This document shows, piece after piece, positions 38,515 to 49,351 of a stretch of 64,000 nucleotides of DNA. The notes beneath the pieces are model-generated. The model was not told the DNA's origin, did no database searches, and saw only the letters and a list, made by a program, of their open reading frames with translations. Position numbers and translations under genes: made by a program. This DNA is from Lama guanicoe. Lineage: Eukaryota. The first letter of the stretch is position 1. The number at the start of each line of letters is the position of its first letter. The stretch is from NCBI GenBank assembly GCA_013239625.1, contig MU053652.1, forward strand, positions 5,261,902 through 5,325,901. Reading direction: 5' to 3'.

Positions 38515-38696
38515 GCTACCTGCCGCCCCCAGCCAAGCTCCCTGGGTTCAGTGCTGCATTGCCATCTTTCCTTCCACTGCCCCGGTCGCCAGTCTTTGTG
38601 CCCCTCAGGCCTTGCGCTGGCCTGGCTCCCCACTGCAAGGCCTGGGACGAGGGAGGAGGGCCAGAGTGGAAAGGAGATGGGGTGGGGAGGATCTGA
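38515..38696 (+). CDS. PAX4: PAX4 terminal coding exon via the proximal acceptor; C-terminus divergent
   Basis: ccctccag|GYLPPPAKLPG...GVGRI*; alternative distal acceptor at 38714; see findings. Confidence 0.6.
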
Positions 38697-38850
38697 TACA
38701 GCCTGCCCAAGCAGTTCATGGCTCCTCCCTCCTTCTGTGTCTCCTCATCTGTGGGCCTTGCCCCTCCTATGTGTCAACTGATTGGAGGGGCTGGAGAAGC
38801 CATGCCCATCTATTTCTCACTCTTACCTTAAGAGGCTTCCAGTTGTCAGT

Positions 38851-38856
38851 AATAAA
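38851..38856 (+). terminator. PAX4: PAX4 polyadenylation signal
   Basis: AATAAA followed by GT/T-rich sequence at ~38875-38900. Confidence 0.75.
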
Positions 38857-38944
38857 AATACTTTTTAATTAGCAGTAGTTCTGTTGTTCATCATGTTTTT
38901 CCCATGGGCACTCATACTCCCACCCCCATATTTAGCAATTATAA

Positions 38945-39170
38945 ACTATCTGACCCATATCTACCTACCTACCTTTCTACCTGTCTATTTCATGTATCTA
39001 TGCATCTGTCTAGCTGATCTATTTATCTATGTAACTATGTATCTATCTGGCTATCATCTATCTAATCTATTTATGTGTCTATATAACTATATATTACCTA
39101 TTGTCTACCTATCCAATCTAGCTAATCTCTGTATTTATCTATGTATGTATGTATCTACATATGTTAGTAT
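38945..39170. repeat. Degenerate (TCTA)n/(TATG)n tetranucleotide array
   Basis: Repeated ctat/ctac/gtat units. Confidence 0.8.
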
Positions 39171-39748
39171 CTGTCTTGGTGTGTGTGGGCTCGTACACCT
39201 GCACATTCGCCCAGGTACACAGCCACACACTGAGAGTACCTCATGGCACGTCACCTCTAAGTCCTCCAGCATGTGTTGCCAAAAAATAAAGGAGGTTTTC
39301 TTACATAACCTCACACCACTGCCACACCATTAGCATGTTTAATGAAATGTATAATAATTCCTTAATCTAAGAAACAGACATTAACAACTGAATGGCATAT
39401 GTATTTTTTGCATAGCTGCAAACAGAGCGGAAATGCCATTTTTTATATTCTACCTGTTTCATTATACACGCTTCTGGGGCACGTTTGCTTGGCAGTAAAT
39501 TCCAAATTGTCTCCATTTCCCCTCCTCCTGGGAAGCCTTGGGATGTAGGGAAAGAGAGGGACACAGGGGAAAGAGGGTGAAGAAGGGGCTATATGGAATG
39601 GGGGATGGGCTCACCCCTCCAAATTCTTTCCTTTTTGGGGATGGTGCTAAGCAGGGTAGGCGGTGCTGGGGGCACGTTTACTCACTCCCATCTGCGACAG
39701 GCACTGGTCCAGTTGTCCTTCAAGATGTCTATTTATCATCAAATACTC

Positions 39749-39961
39749 TAGAGCTGTGCTGTTCAGTAAGTAACCACCAACCACATGTGGCTATTTAAGT
39801 GTAATTACAATGAAATAAAATGAATAATTCATCTCCTCACTCACACTAGCCCCAAATCAAATGCCCAATAGTCACACGTGCCCATGGCTCCTATACTGGA
39901 CAGCAAACATTATACCGCATTTCCATCGGCTCAGACAGTTCGATGGGACAACTCAGCTCTA
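39749..39961. mobile_element. MER3/MER33-type hAT-Charlie element
   Basis: ctagagctgtgctgttca...ccacatgtggctattta...cacactagcc...actggacagca. Confidence 0.65.
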
Positions 39962-40226
39962 CAATGAAATTCCATGGGTAATAGGACACAGCCTGCCCCT
40001 GCCCTGCCTTCTCCCCCTCAAGCTGGGGGGCCCTGCTGGACAGATTGCCCAGGGAAATGGGCCAGGTTTTGTAGGGTGACAATCTTTACAGTATGGCCTG
40101 AGAATAAGCCATTCACCTCAGCGACAAAATTGACCTCAGCAGTGGAAGGAGCTGTCAGCTGAGGCCCCATGGCTGAGCACATTCAAGTGGAGGATGGATG
40201 GCCACCTGTCGGGAACAGGGAATAAG

Positions 40227-40228
<2 letters not shown>

Positions 40229-40279
<51 letters not shown>

Positions 40280-40296
40280 TGTGTGTGTGTGTGTGT
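40229..40296. repeat. (GT)n microsatellite
   Basis: ~34 GT units with one GA interruption. Confidence 0.98.
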
Positions 40297-40619
40297 TCCT
40301 GGGCTCATGCATGCATGCCCATGTGTCTGAGTGTGTATATGTATTTATGGAAAACCGAGGAATGGATTCTGCACTAAATGACCGCCAAGGTCCTATCTCT
40401 GAAGACTGTATTCCACTCTCCATCTTTGGCCTGTTCTTAATGTCCTCCAGGAAAAGAGATGTGCTGGTCTCTAGTGTTAGCAACCATCACTTCTTGGATT
40501 AAATTTTTACACGAGTCTTTCATGTTTCTTAAGGAGAAACTTGACATCATTTTCCTTTATCCAAACAGAATCTCTCTTATATTCTAGTTCCAGCTTCTCT
40601 TCTCAATGGACTTAAAAAC

Positions 40620-41290
40620 CCAGCACTGATTATGGGATGGTGCAATTTTTTCTCAAATAGGGGTCAGGCATCACTGCAGGTATTTGTGAACCTTTTAGGA
40701 GCTGTGTGGTTGCTGCTTTACATAATACTGAGTCAGTAATAAGAAAATTCTTCCTTTTTCAATTCCTTTTCAATTCTTATTGCATCAAAGAGCAAGTTTT
40801 CATGCTGGTCCTGGTCTTTAGCACCTCTGTAAGAGTGGCTAATCTACTTTTTCCCCCTGGTTTTATTTGTTTGTTTTTGGAGAGGGGTAATTCGATTTTT
40901 TTAAATTAATTAATTAATTTATAATGGAAGTACTGGAGACTTGTGCATGCTAAGCACACGCTTTACCACTGAGCCATATTCTCCCACATAATCTACTTTT
41001 TTTTTTTTAAACAGAGGGAAAGGGAGCCTTAGGTTCTGAGCCTTGGTCAGGGGAGAGAAATCTAACTAAGATTTGATAACATCGCTTTGTTTTCACTGTA
41101 TTTATTTTTTATAGTCACTCTATTTATGGCAAGTGATTCTGGTCTTCTATTTTACGATTAAAATACCCCTTTCTAAATAAATGTACTTAAATGCCTGTGT
41201 CAAGAAACACATTAATAGGGCAGATGGTAGGTAGATAAAGGCCAAAGTTATGAAGATAGTGCAAGAATGACAGTCATTTTGGAAGCTCTG
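40620..41290. mobile_element. Old DNA transposon relic (hAT/Charlie-like) interrupted by a SINE
   Basis: atttgataacatcgctttgttttcactgta...tatttatggcaagtgattctgg, similar to 499-595. Confidence 0.45.
40853..40988 (-). mobile_element. tRNA-Ala-derived SINE (vic-1-like) with internal deletion
   Basis: 13-bp TSD taatctacttttt at 40840-40852 and 40989-41001; B-box segment missing. Confidence 0.85.
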
Positions 41291-41774
41291 TTTTGTGGAA
41301 AGAGTGAACATTAGAATCTACTCTAATTGAAGAATTTAGTCAGAGGCCCTGGTCACGGGCAGATCGCTTTAGCTCCTTGTAAACGGTGGTCAGTGATGGG
41401 GAAGGTACCTGTTGTGCCCAACTGACTGGATCAACGGTAATGAAAAGGCGGGATAGTTGGTAAACTTGGAGGGAGGGTGAGTCATATAGGCATAAGATGT
41501 TACCACCATTACCCTGTGCCCATAGGACTAGTAATCCTTCATTCTTTCTAAACCAAAAGGACATCTACTCATGTCTGGATTCTTGGCAAGGCTGGCTCCT
41601 CATGGGATCACTGGGAAAAGTCAAGTGGTTCTGGTAGGCATGAAGAGAAGCAGCGGAAGGACAGTTACCATTTAGTCTCCCCTCTTCTCGATAGAACCCA
41701 GCTGGAGTGGCCTGGGGCCTCAGTCTCTACCCACATCCACACCCCTGCTCTCAAGTCAGAGGCACACCAGGGTC

Positions 41775-41951
41775 TTGGGGGTGGCCTTTTGTGATGTATT
41801 GTTGCTCGAAACAGGTGTTTTGCTAAACTGGGGGGGAAAAGTTGTGTAACAGATATTCTTCTCGTGGATCTTGACTCTGGGGTTCCTGTTTGGTTTAGTG
41901 GAGTAGTTTCTCCTGTAGGATTTGGATTTTGGTAGGTGGCATCCCTTTGGC
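41775..41951 (-). other. FSCN3: FSCN3 non-coding terminal (3'UTR) exon with variant poly(A) signal AATACA at 41800-41795
   Basis: Strong acceptor tttcctcttccctccccag| ending at 41952; resembles the recalled human FSCN3 3'UTR; 3' end approximate. Confidence 0.75.
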
Positions 41952-42840
41952 CTGGGGAGGGAAGAGGAAACAGAAACCTTCAGTCGGTCATTTGCTGATC
42001 TCTAGCTTTTAGGAGAAAACCTGGTGAGATCCTGTGGGAAGAGAGAGAATAAAGCGATTTGTCCCATTCTGGATGAAGGATCACAAGGACATAGGTGAGG
42101 TTAACTTATAGGAAAAGGCAATAGAAATGATTTTTAAAAATCAACTGAATGATGTAAAAAAATACCATTAGAGTTCACAGGGAGACTACAGTTAATAGGA
42201 AAGATTTACTAAGAATTCAAATTGAGTTGGGGAAGGCTTCTGATGGGGGGAGAGGGTGCTGGGTGGCAGGCTGTGTACTAAGCATTTCACTATCATCATT
42301 TCATGAAACTGAACAATCCCACAAGATAATTGCTGTCTTCCCATTTCACCCACAAACAAACAAACAAAGAGAGGTTCGTTTGCCCAAGGCCAAAATACAA
42401 CTTCTAAAACCTAATTAGAACCCAGTTTGGAGTCCAGAAATGAGCTCTTAGCCACTTTGCTACACCATCTACTAGAATGCTAGGCCTTGAGGGAGCCTGA
42501 GAAATTTAGTTCAATCCAAATGCTTCATGGGATAGGTAAGAAAAGAGGTCCAGCGGAATTTCGTTTTATTTTCTCCAATTTGGCCACAGTTAAGGGCTTA
42601 TGTAGAAAACTGGTAGAAAATGGAGGAAAAGAGTGAACATTTATGGGGATCCCTGTCAAGATGCATGAGGTCATTGAATCCTCGCACCACCCTATGTAGT
42701 AGATATTACTCCCATTTTGCAGACAAGGAAAGCAAGGCCTAGAAGTGTTAGAGCAATTTCTGTGGGGTTAGAGCTCTAGTAAGGACCAAGCCTTGCTAGT
42801 TTTGGTTCCAGGTCTATATAATATCAAAACCGAATCTCTT

Positions 42841-42939
42841 GCAGGGATCAGTATAGCTCAGTGGTAGAGGGCATGCTTAGCATGCATGGCATCCTTGGTT
42901 CAATCCCCAGTACCTCTGTTAAAGCAAAAACAGAAACAG
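42841..42939 (+). mobile_element. tRNA-Ala-derived SINE (vic-1-like), short form
   Basis: gtatagctcagtggtagag...ggttcaatccccagtacctc; 15-bp TSD aaaacYgaatctctt at 42826-42840 and 42940-42954. Confidence 0.9.
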
Positions 42940-43888
42940 AAAACTGAATCTCTTTCCAAAACATCTTCATGAATTCCCAAGCCAGGAAAGAGATGTCAGT
43001 TGTGAAGGGGCCAGGCTAAGAGCAGTGAGGTGCCCTGAAGAGTTGTGAGCAGGGAATGACTGAATGAAGGCAGCACCTTAGGAAAGGGAACTTGTTGTGG
43101 AGAAGAGATGGGGTGGGGATGGGCTTGGTGACAGGGAGGGCTGCTGGGGAGCCCTTGTTGCAGTGACTGGCAATGGTAATTAAGAAGGAGCAGGCACTCA
43201 AGAGGCATTGCTAAGGAAGTTCCCATTTCAGGGTTTGGTGAAAGGAATGAAAGGGAGGAAGGAGAGGCGGTGATGAGTCTTGAGCCTGAGCGTTTGAGAG
43301 GATGGTGGTGTTCTCGATGGCCATAGGGAGGACAGGAAGAATCACCTTTGCAGGCGAGGGTGACAAGGCTGATTTTGAGGGGATGGCAGGATGAAGTCAA
43401 GCCAACTGTCAATCAGGAAGTTGGAAAGGTATGATGTTAGGTGAGATTAGAAGGGTCAGTGCCGCAGATAGATATCTGGGAGCCATCCGCATCCCAGGGA
43501 TCCAGTGCTGTGGGAATAGAAAGTGCATAGGGTGGAAAGGATACCCCCAAAGTTATCTGACCTCCCTACAAATGGGGCAAAACTCCGGACCTCAATGAAG
43601 AGAGCTAGATTCACAAGTATACCTCGTCCTGTGCCCTGCAGGCTTGCTTGCAAGCACACGTGTTGGCAGGACACGAGAGTGAGAACCCTAGATCCTCCTC
43701 TCCCCAGCAGGTTTAGGTTTAGCAGTCCTGAGGAAAAGCACAGATTTGGAGAAACGTCTGGAGTTGATCCAGCTGCGGGACAGACGTCAGCCTGCCGTAC
43801 ATTTTGATCTTGCCCTTACCTGCCTCCCCACCCTCCTTTCTTCTCCTCCTGCTCCCCCACCCCCAGGTCCTTACCCACTTTACTTTAC

Positions 43889-44094
43889 CTAGAATTCCCA
43901 AATACACTCTCTGGTAATGTCTTCGCTGTCCGCCACCAGGGTGCCGCTTCGGTCTGATCTCATGTAGAAGCCGTTGGGTGCCAGCACCGTGAGCAAGTTG
44001 CTGCCCTGAAGCTCTATGCAGAAGTTGAGGGCGAACTTTCCCCAAGGGCGAAAAGTGCCAAAGGACGTTATTGACCAGAAGGAGCCACTCTGTG
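43889..44094 (-). CDS. FSCN3: Fascin-3 coding exon 6
   Basis: ccccag|AQSGSFWSITSFGTFRPWGKF...ITRECIWEF*; TAG 43891-43889. Confidence 0.95.
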
Positions 44095-44420
44095 CTGGGG
44101 TGGGGAAGAGCTCAGGTTGGTGGGCCATTCTGCAGGGGAGTCGCCCACAGTACCGCCTCCGAGGAGTTCCTCAGGGGGCATGCCAGCCCTCCCTGACTGC
44201 CCTACCCTGCCTGTGTTGGCAGGACCCTCCATGGAAACCCATGGAGGGCTGCTTTCCATTCTGCCCAGCCACTCTGGGGGCCTTGAAGTGTGAAAACCAA
44301 CAGAAACTCTGTTTTTCCTATTATGATAAGCAAGTCCTGAGGGGCAGGCCCTGAAGTCGGAGCTGGGGCGGTGGCCGAGCCCGCCAGTGAACCCAGGGGT
44401 GAGGAAGAGCAGATGCTCAC

Positions 44421-44591
44421 CTTGGAAGTGGTAGATGCCCTGGCGGCAGGGCAGCAGGTGAATGCAGTCAGGCTGATCCATGTTGCACTGCAGGAGGTCG
44501 TGTTCGGACGAGGTGCCCACGTACCCGTACCGTCCCCGCAAGGCAAGGAAGGGACGGTTGGCTAATCGAATCCCAAATTCCTCATTTGGGC
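44421..44591 (-). CDS. FSCN3: Fascin-3 coding exon 5
   Basis: tttcag|GPNEEFGIRLANRPFLALRGRYGYVG...GIYHFQ|gtgagc. Confidence 0.95.
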
Positions 44592-45056
44592 CTGAAAGAA
44601 ACAGGAAGGAGCTATCTGGATGGGCTGCCTCTAAATGCTTTCCTTGATGGAAACAGGAAGAGGGGCACTAATTGCACCAAGGGTGTTACTATTTCGTGAA
44701 CACCTACTATGTGCCAGGTCTTATGCAAGGTGCTTGTGAAATGTTTGTGAAGTCCCTGAGTACAGCACGGAGGCCAAGAAATTTTAATAGTCTTTCTTCC
44801 TTTGAGATGTGAGAATCTATTTACTCCTCATGATAATTCTGTGAGGCAGACAGGTTGGCTATCACCTCCACTGATGATGGAGACAATGAAATTGAGCAGC
44901 AGAGAAGTGGTTTGCCCAAGTGATGATGAAAATTCAGTGACTCAGCAAGTATACAAATCTTCTGACCCCAAATCCAGTGGTCTTTCTAGCATATCCCCAG
45001 CTTCCTCTGAAAGTATCTCCCACTTGGAGTAACTTGGCAGGGGTCTGCTCGCTCAC

Positions 45057-45216
45057 CTGGAATGGTGGCATTGGCCATCAGCAGGCCGTTGGGTGCGATG
45101 CCCAAGAAGCGTCCATTGGGAGACTGTAGGATGATCCTGCCACAATTCCAGTGCATACGAAAGAAGGTGTCAGACTCCAGTGGGTGCCCATCAGCCAAAA
45201 CTGTCCTATGACGCCT
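45057..45216 (-). CDS. FSCN3: Fascin-3 coding exon 4
   Basis: ttccag|RRHRTVLADGHPLESDTFFRMHW...MANATIP|gtgagc. Confidence 0.95.
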
Positions 45217-45454
45217 CTGGAAAAAATATCAGGAAAAGAGAAGGGAAGCAAGGACCCAAAATCTCAGCTTTCCTCCAATCATTTTTATTCTTAAACCCTC
45301 TTTCTCACAACACACCCACTAGCTTTTTTCACTCTTCCAGGGTACGCTTATGATCTCAGATGCTTTTTGGAAAATATGTTGTGGCCTCAGCTCTACCACA
45401 TCTTCAGTCTGTGCTGTATCCCACATGGAAAGAAATGACCCTTGGCTCAGATTC

Positions 45455-46880
45455 CAAAATCATTTCAAAATGGATCGTTGACATAAATTTGAAATCTAAA
45501 CTATAACACATCTAGAAGAAAACATAGGAGAAATTCTTTGCAACTTTAGGGTAGGCAATAATGTCTTGGGACAAAAAAAAGCACTAACCATTTATAAAAT
45601 AGAGAAATTAGACTTCATCAAAATTAAAAACTTGCTGTTCAAAAGACACTATTAAGCAAATGAAAAGGCAAGCCACAAATTGGGAGAAAACATTTACAAT
45701 ATATATATCTGACAAAGGACTTGATTTCAGAACACATAAAAGCTCTTACAACTCAATAATAAGACAAACAACCCAATAACAAATGCATAAAAAATTTTAA
45801 CAGACACCTCACTTTGTATATCAGAGAAAATATACAAATGGCCAATATGCACATGTAAAGATGCTCAACATTATTAACTATAAGGAAAAAACAAATTAAA
45901 ACCACAATAAGATGGCATTACACTTTTAATTTTAGAGTGGCTAAAATCAAAAAGATAGATAATACCCAGTGTTGGCGAAGATGTGGCACAATTAGAACTC
46001 TTATACATTACTGGCGAGAATGTAAAATAGTACAATCACTTTAGAAAACTGCTTCATATCTTCTTAAAAAGTTATTTTGGCAGGGGTGATAATTAGGTTT
46101 ACTTACCTTTTTTTGAAGGAGATACTGAGGATTGAACCCAGGACCTTCTGTATGCTAAGCATGTGCTCTATCACTTGAGCTATACCCTCCCCCTATATCT
46201 TCTTAAAAAGTTAAGCACACTTTTTATCATATGACCCAATAATTCCACTCCTAGGTATTTGCCCAAGATAACTGAAAGTATAGGCCTACAAAAAGACTTG
46301 CACTTGAATGTTCATAACAACTTTGTTCATAGTAGCCCAAGCTGGAAACCACTCAAGTGTTTATCAACAAGTGAATGGGTAAGCAAATTATGTTTGTGTC
46401 TATGAGTAGGATTATAGAATACTATCCAGCAATAAGAAGAATGAACTATTGATACATGTGACATCATGGCTGTATTTCAAAAACATGTGAAATGACTGTA
46501 AATTGACTATAATTCAATTAAAAAATAAATTAATAAAAAAGAGAGCTTTGCATGAACCAAAAAGAAAAAAAAATGTAGAACGAAAGAAGCATACATACCA
46601 TAACACTGCATGATTCCATTTCTATGAATTTGCAGAATAAGGAAATCTAATCTATAGTCACAGAATATGTATTATTGGTAGTGGGGAGGGTCAGAGTGGA
46701 GGGAAACTGACTGAAAATGGGTAAGAGGAAATTTCTGTGGTGATAGAAATATTCTCTAATTTGTGATATGGTTGTGACATGATAGCATAAGTATACATGT
46801 TTGTCAAAACGTATCTAATTGTAAACTTAAAATGGGTGCATTTTATTGTACGTAAATTATGCCTTGATAAAGTTTTTTTA
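45455..46880 (+). mobile_element. L1 (L1MB/MC-like) ORF2 3' part and 3'UTR in FSCN3 intron 3
   Basis: agacttcatcaaaattaaaaac...aaaaggcaagccaca...atatgacccaataattccactcctaggtatttgccc...aaacttaaaatgggtgcattttattgta. Confidence 0.85.
46075..46194 (-). mobile_element. tRNA-Ala-derived SINE (vic-1-like) inserted in L1
   Basis: Perfect 19-bp TSD atatcttcttaaaaagtta at 46056-46074 and 46195-46213. Confidence 0.92.
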
Positions 46881-47072
46881 AGATTATTTTTTTAAACAAG
46901 AGGTCCTATTGGATGAAAGTGGGCCCACTGGATGAAAATGAATGTTTACTGACAAGAGCCTCCATAGTTCACCTCACCATCTGACTATCTGCCTTAAAGA
47001 AGGAAAAAGTGTGTCTAGAGAGGGAGACCTCAGGGCTTAAGGGGTCCCCTGCTCAGAAAGTCAAGGGCTTAC

Positions 47073-47191
47073 CTGGGCCAGGTAGCAGCCATTGGCTGAA
47101 CGAATCTGCAAGTTGGGGCTCTCGCCATCACATTCAAACTGGAACAAGGACACTGGGATTACATGCTCAGAGGCAGCACACACCTCAATAT
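47073..47191 (-). CDS. FSCN3: Fascin-3 coding exon 3
   Basis: ccacag|DIEVCAASEHVIPVSLFQFEC...RSANGCYLAQ|gtaagc. Confidence 0.93.
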
Positions 47192-47507
47192 CTGTGGAGG
47201 AAGAACATGTCAGAGAAGCCTGAGTCTAGTCTCAGCTCCTCCGCCATACTTTTGGCTGTTGTTCCCTCTGTTTTCTCTCCTCAGCCTTCATCACCTTCTG
47301 TTGGACCATAGTAGGCTGGAGAAGACCCAGGTCACTTTCCCCTCAAAGCCACGCCTCTGCCTTAAAGGCCTTCTCCATGGCACAAGAGATCCTCTTGGGA
47401 CCTCAGGATCTTCCTTATCAGTAGGTTCAGAATCCTCACTGATCCCAAACACAATTTCCTCTTCCAGCCCTCCCTCCCTCTGTGGCTGTGTTGGACCTAA
47501 CACTTGC

Positions 47508-48204
47508 CGTAGATGACGGAGAGAAATTTCCGAGTCTTTGACCTGAGGCTGACCCAGGTAGGGCAGCGCTGGAGGATGAACCACTCCTCGCCCCGATGTG
47601 GATTGGAACCCAGGCTTAGGAGCAGGCGTGGGCCCTGTGGATACAACATGCCTCCTTCCCCATCGCTCAGTGCCACAAGCCCTCCAGGCCGCACTTGCAT
47701 GTGAAAAGCTGTCTGTGTTGAGGGTTGGGAGACTAGCCGGTCTAAGTGGGACAAGAAGGTGTGTGCAGAGGTCTCCAGGTGGTAGCATCCATCTTGGAAG
47801 TGCAACAGGAAGCCACATTCTTCCAGGCAGGGAATTGGTGTGTCCACCCAGACTCTGCCTATGGTGGGGTCAGCCCGGGCGTAGCAGTGGTTGAGGGGGC
47901 TGTAGAGGATCACATGGGCATGCAGGGCTGGCCGGGGGGTCCACATGTGGTACGCTGAGAGGACCCGGGAAGTGCAGAAAACATCCTCGCCATCAGACTC
48001 CACATAACGACCACTGATTATGCACTGGAGGGTCCATTTACCATTGCGGTGGAAACGGAGTAGGAAACATCCATGATGGCTTGTACTTGGCCGACCATAG
48101 CGCACAGAACCATTCGCCTCACACAGAAGGTAAAGGCCCTGCAAGCTTCTTAGTCGGACCACAGCCTGTGTGTCATGCTCATTGCTCACTAGGATCTCCC
48201 AGGT
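47508..48204 (-). CDS. FSCN3: Fascin-3 coding exon 2
   Basis: ctccag|TWEILVSNEHDTQAVVRL...KFLSVIY|gcaagt (GC donor), 697 nt. Confidence 0.95.
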
Positions 48205-49207
48205 CTGGAGGAATCAGGAGGAAGAAGAGGGGAATCAGTACTGCCAAGAGATTAGACTGGGGAGTCCACGACCATCACCCCCTGTATCACCCCAGCACCC
48301 TCATTGAGAACAGCCACCTTCCCTCCACATCGGCCTCCTTACTGTCCACTCTTCTACCCTCTCATCCCATGGTAATCAAAGATCTTAGGGCACCTCCACA
48401 CTGGAGCTATAAGGTTTCTCAAGATTCCAAGAGTAGTTCTAGATACCCAACTCTTTCAGGCAACAGAAGGTAAAACTCCCTCTTTCTTCCTTGATCACTT
48501 CCTTAAAAACCTAACTTTCCAATAAATGCTTTGGTTTAAGTCTTACTTCTCTCTTCTCATTGTTGCCCCTGAACAGCACACTTAGCCAACATGTCCACCT
48601 CCAAAGGCCACCTCTCCAACATGGCAGGAGAAAAGCAAGACCTCTTATAGGCAGGCCTGGGCTCCAGGGATGAGGATGGAAGCACAGACAGCCGACATGC
48701 AATAATCTGCTTCAGCTGTCATCAAGCTTGTTCTAAGTGGGAGGAATTTGTTATTGCCTCTCTGTAGCACCAGCCTGGAGGTGCCTACATCACTCTCTCA
48801 AATGAAGACCAACTCTCCTATGGCTTCTAGAGTATCCCATTCTCAAACTATAGCCAGAACGGAAACATAGACCTTGCAGTAACTCCACTGATCCAACTTC
48901 CCCTGGACGTCCACGATTCTGCCTACTAGTCTGGGCTCTCCACCTCTCCTTTTTGTGATAACGCAATCATTCCATGCTGGGATAGAGGGTTGGGAGCACC
49001 CAGAGCAAGACAAGGTAGCAAAGCCAGGGCTGAGGCTTCACCTCATGCAACACGCTTAGAGAGAGGGAGATGAGCCTGGCTTGTCCCGGCAATGGCAGAG
49101 GCTAGTAAGGCATTAGGTTAAAAGTGCTCCCACCATCTCCTCACCGCCCCCCCCCACCCCGCTTGGCCACTGGGAAAAATGGTTCCGGTGCAGGTTTGCT
49201 TCGTTAC

Positions 49208-49351
49208 CTGTCTCCGGCCCAAACCCTTTGCAGTAGCAGTGACCGTATTCTTATATGTCTCAAAAGTGAGGTAGGATCCTGCCCAGCTGATGAGCCCAAC
49301 CCTTAGGTCCTCGGCCTTGGGTTGTCTTGGCATCCACTCCACCTCGTCCAT
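49208..49351 (-). CDS. FSCN3: Fascin-3 coding exon 1
   Basis: MDEVEWMPRQPKAEDLRVGLISWAGSYLTFE...GLGRRQ|gtaacg. Confidence 0.95.

Larger units (their letters stand above)
34207..38696 (+). other. PAX4: PAX4 coding span; join(34207..34219,34601..34731,35027..35242,35566..35641,36214..36339,36566..36648,36953..37022,37716..37771,38051..38192,38515..38696) = 1095 nt, 364 aa
   Basis: All introns GT-AG with consistent phases; paired domain and S50 paired-type homeodomain intact; last exon uncertain. Confidence 0.9.
43889..49351 (-). other. FSCN3: FSCN3 (testis fascin) coding span; complement join(49208..49351,47508..48204,47073..47191,45057..45216,44421..44591,43889..44094) = 1497 nt, 498 aa
   Basis: Uninterrupted spliced ORF with consistent phases; fascin beta-trefoil motifs. 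Confidence 0.94.

Noticed and set aside
41340..41564. 74-aa minus-strand ORF downstream of FSCN3
   Set aside because: No recognisable homology; length expected by chance
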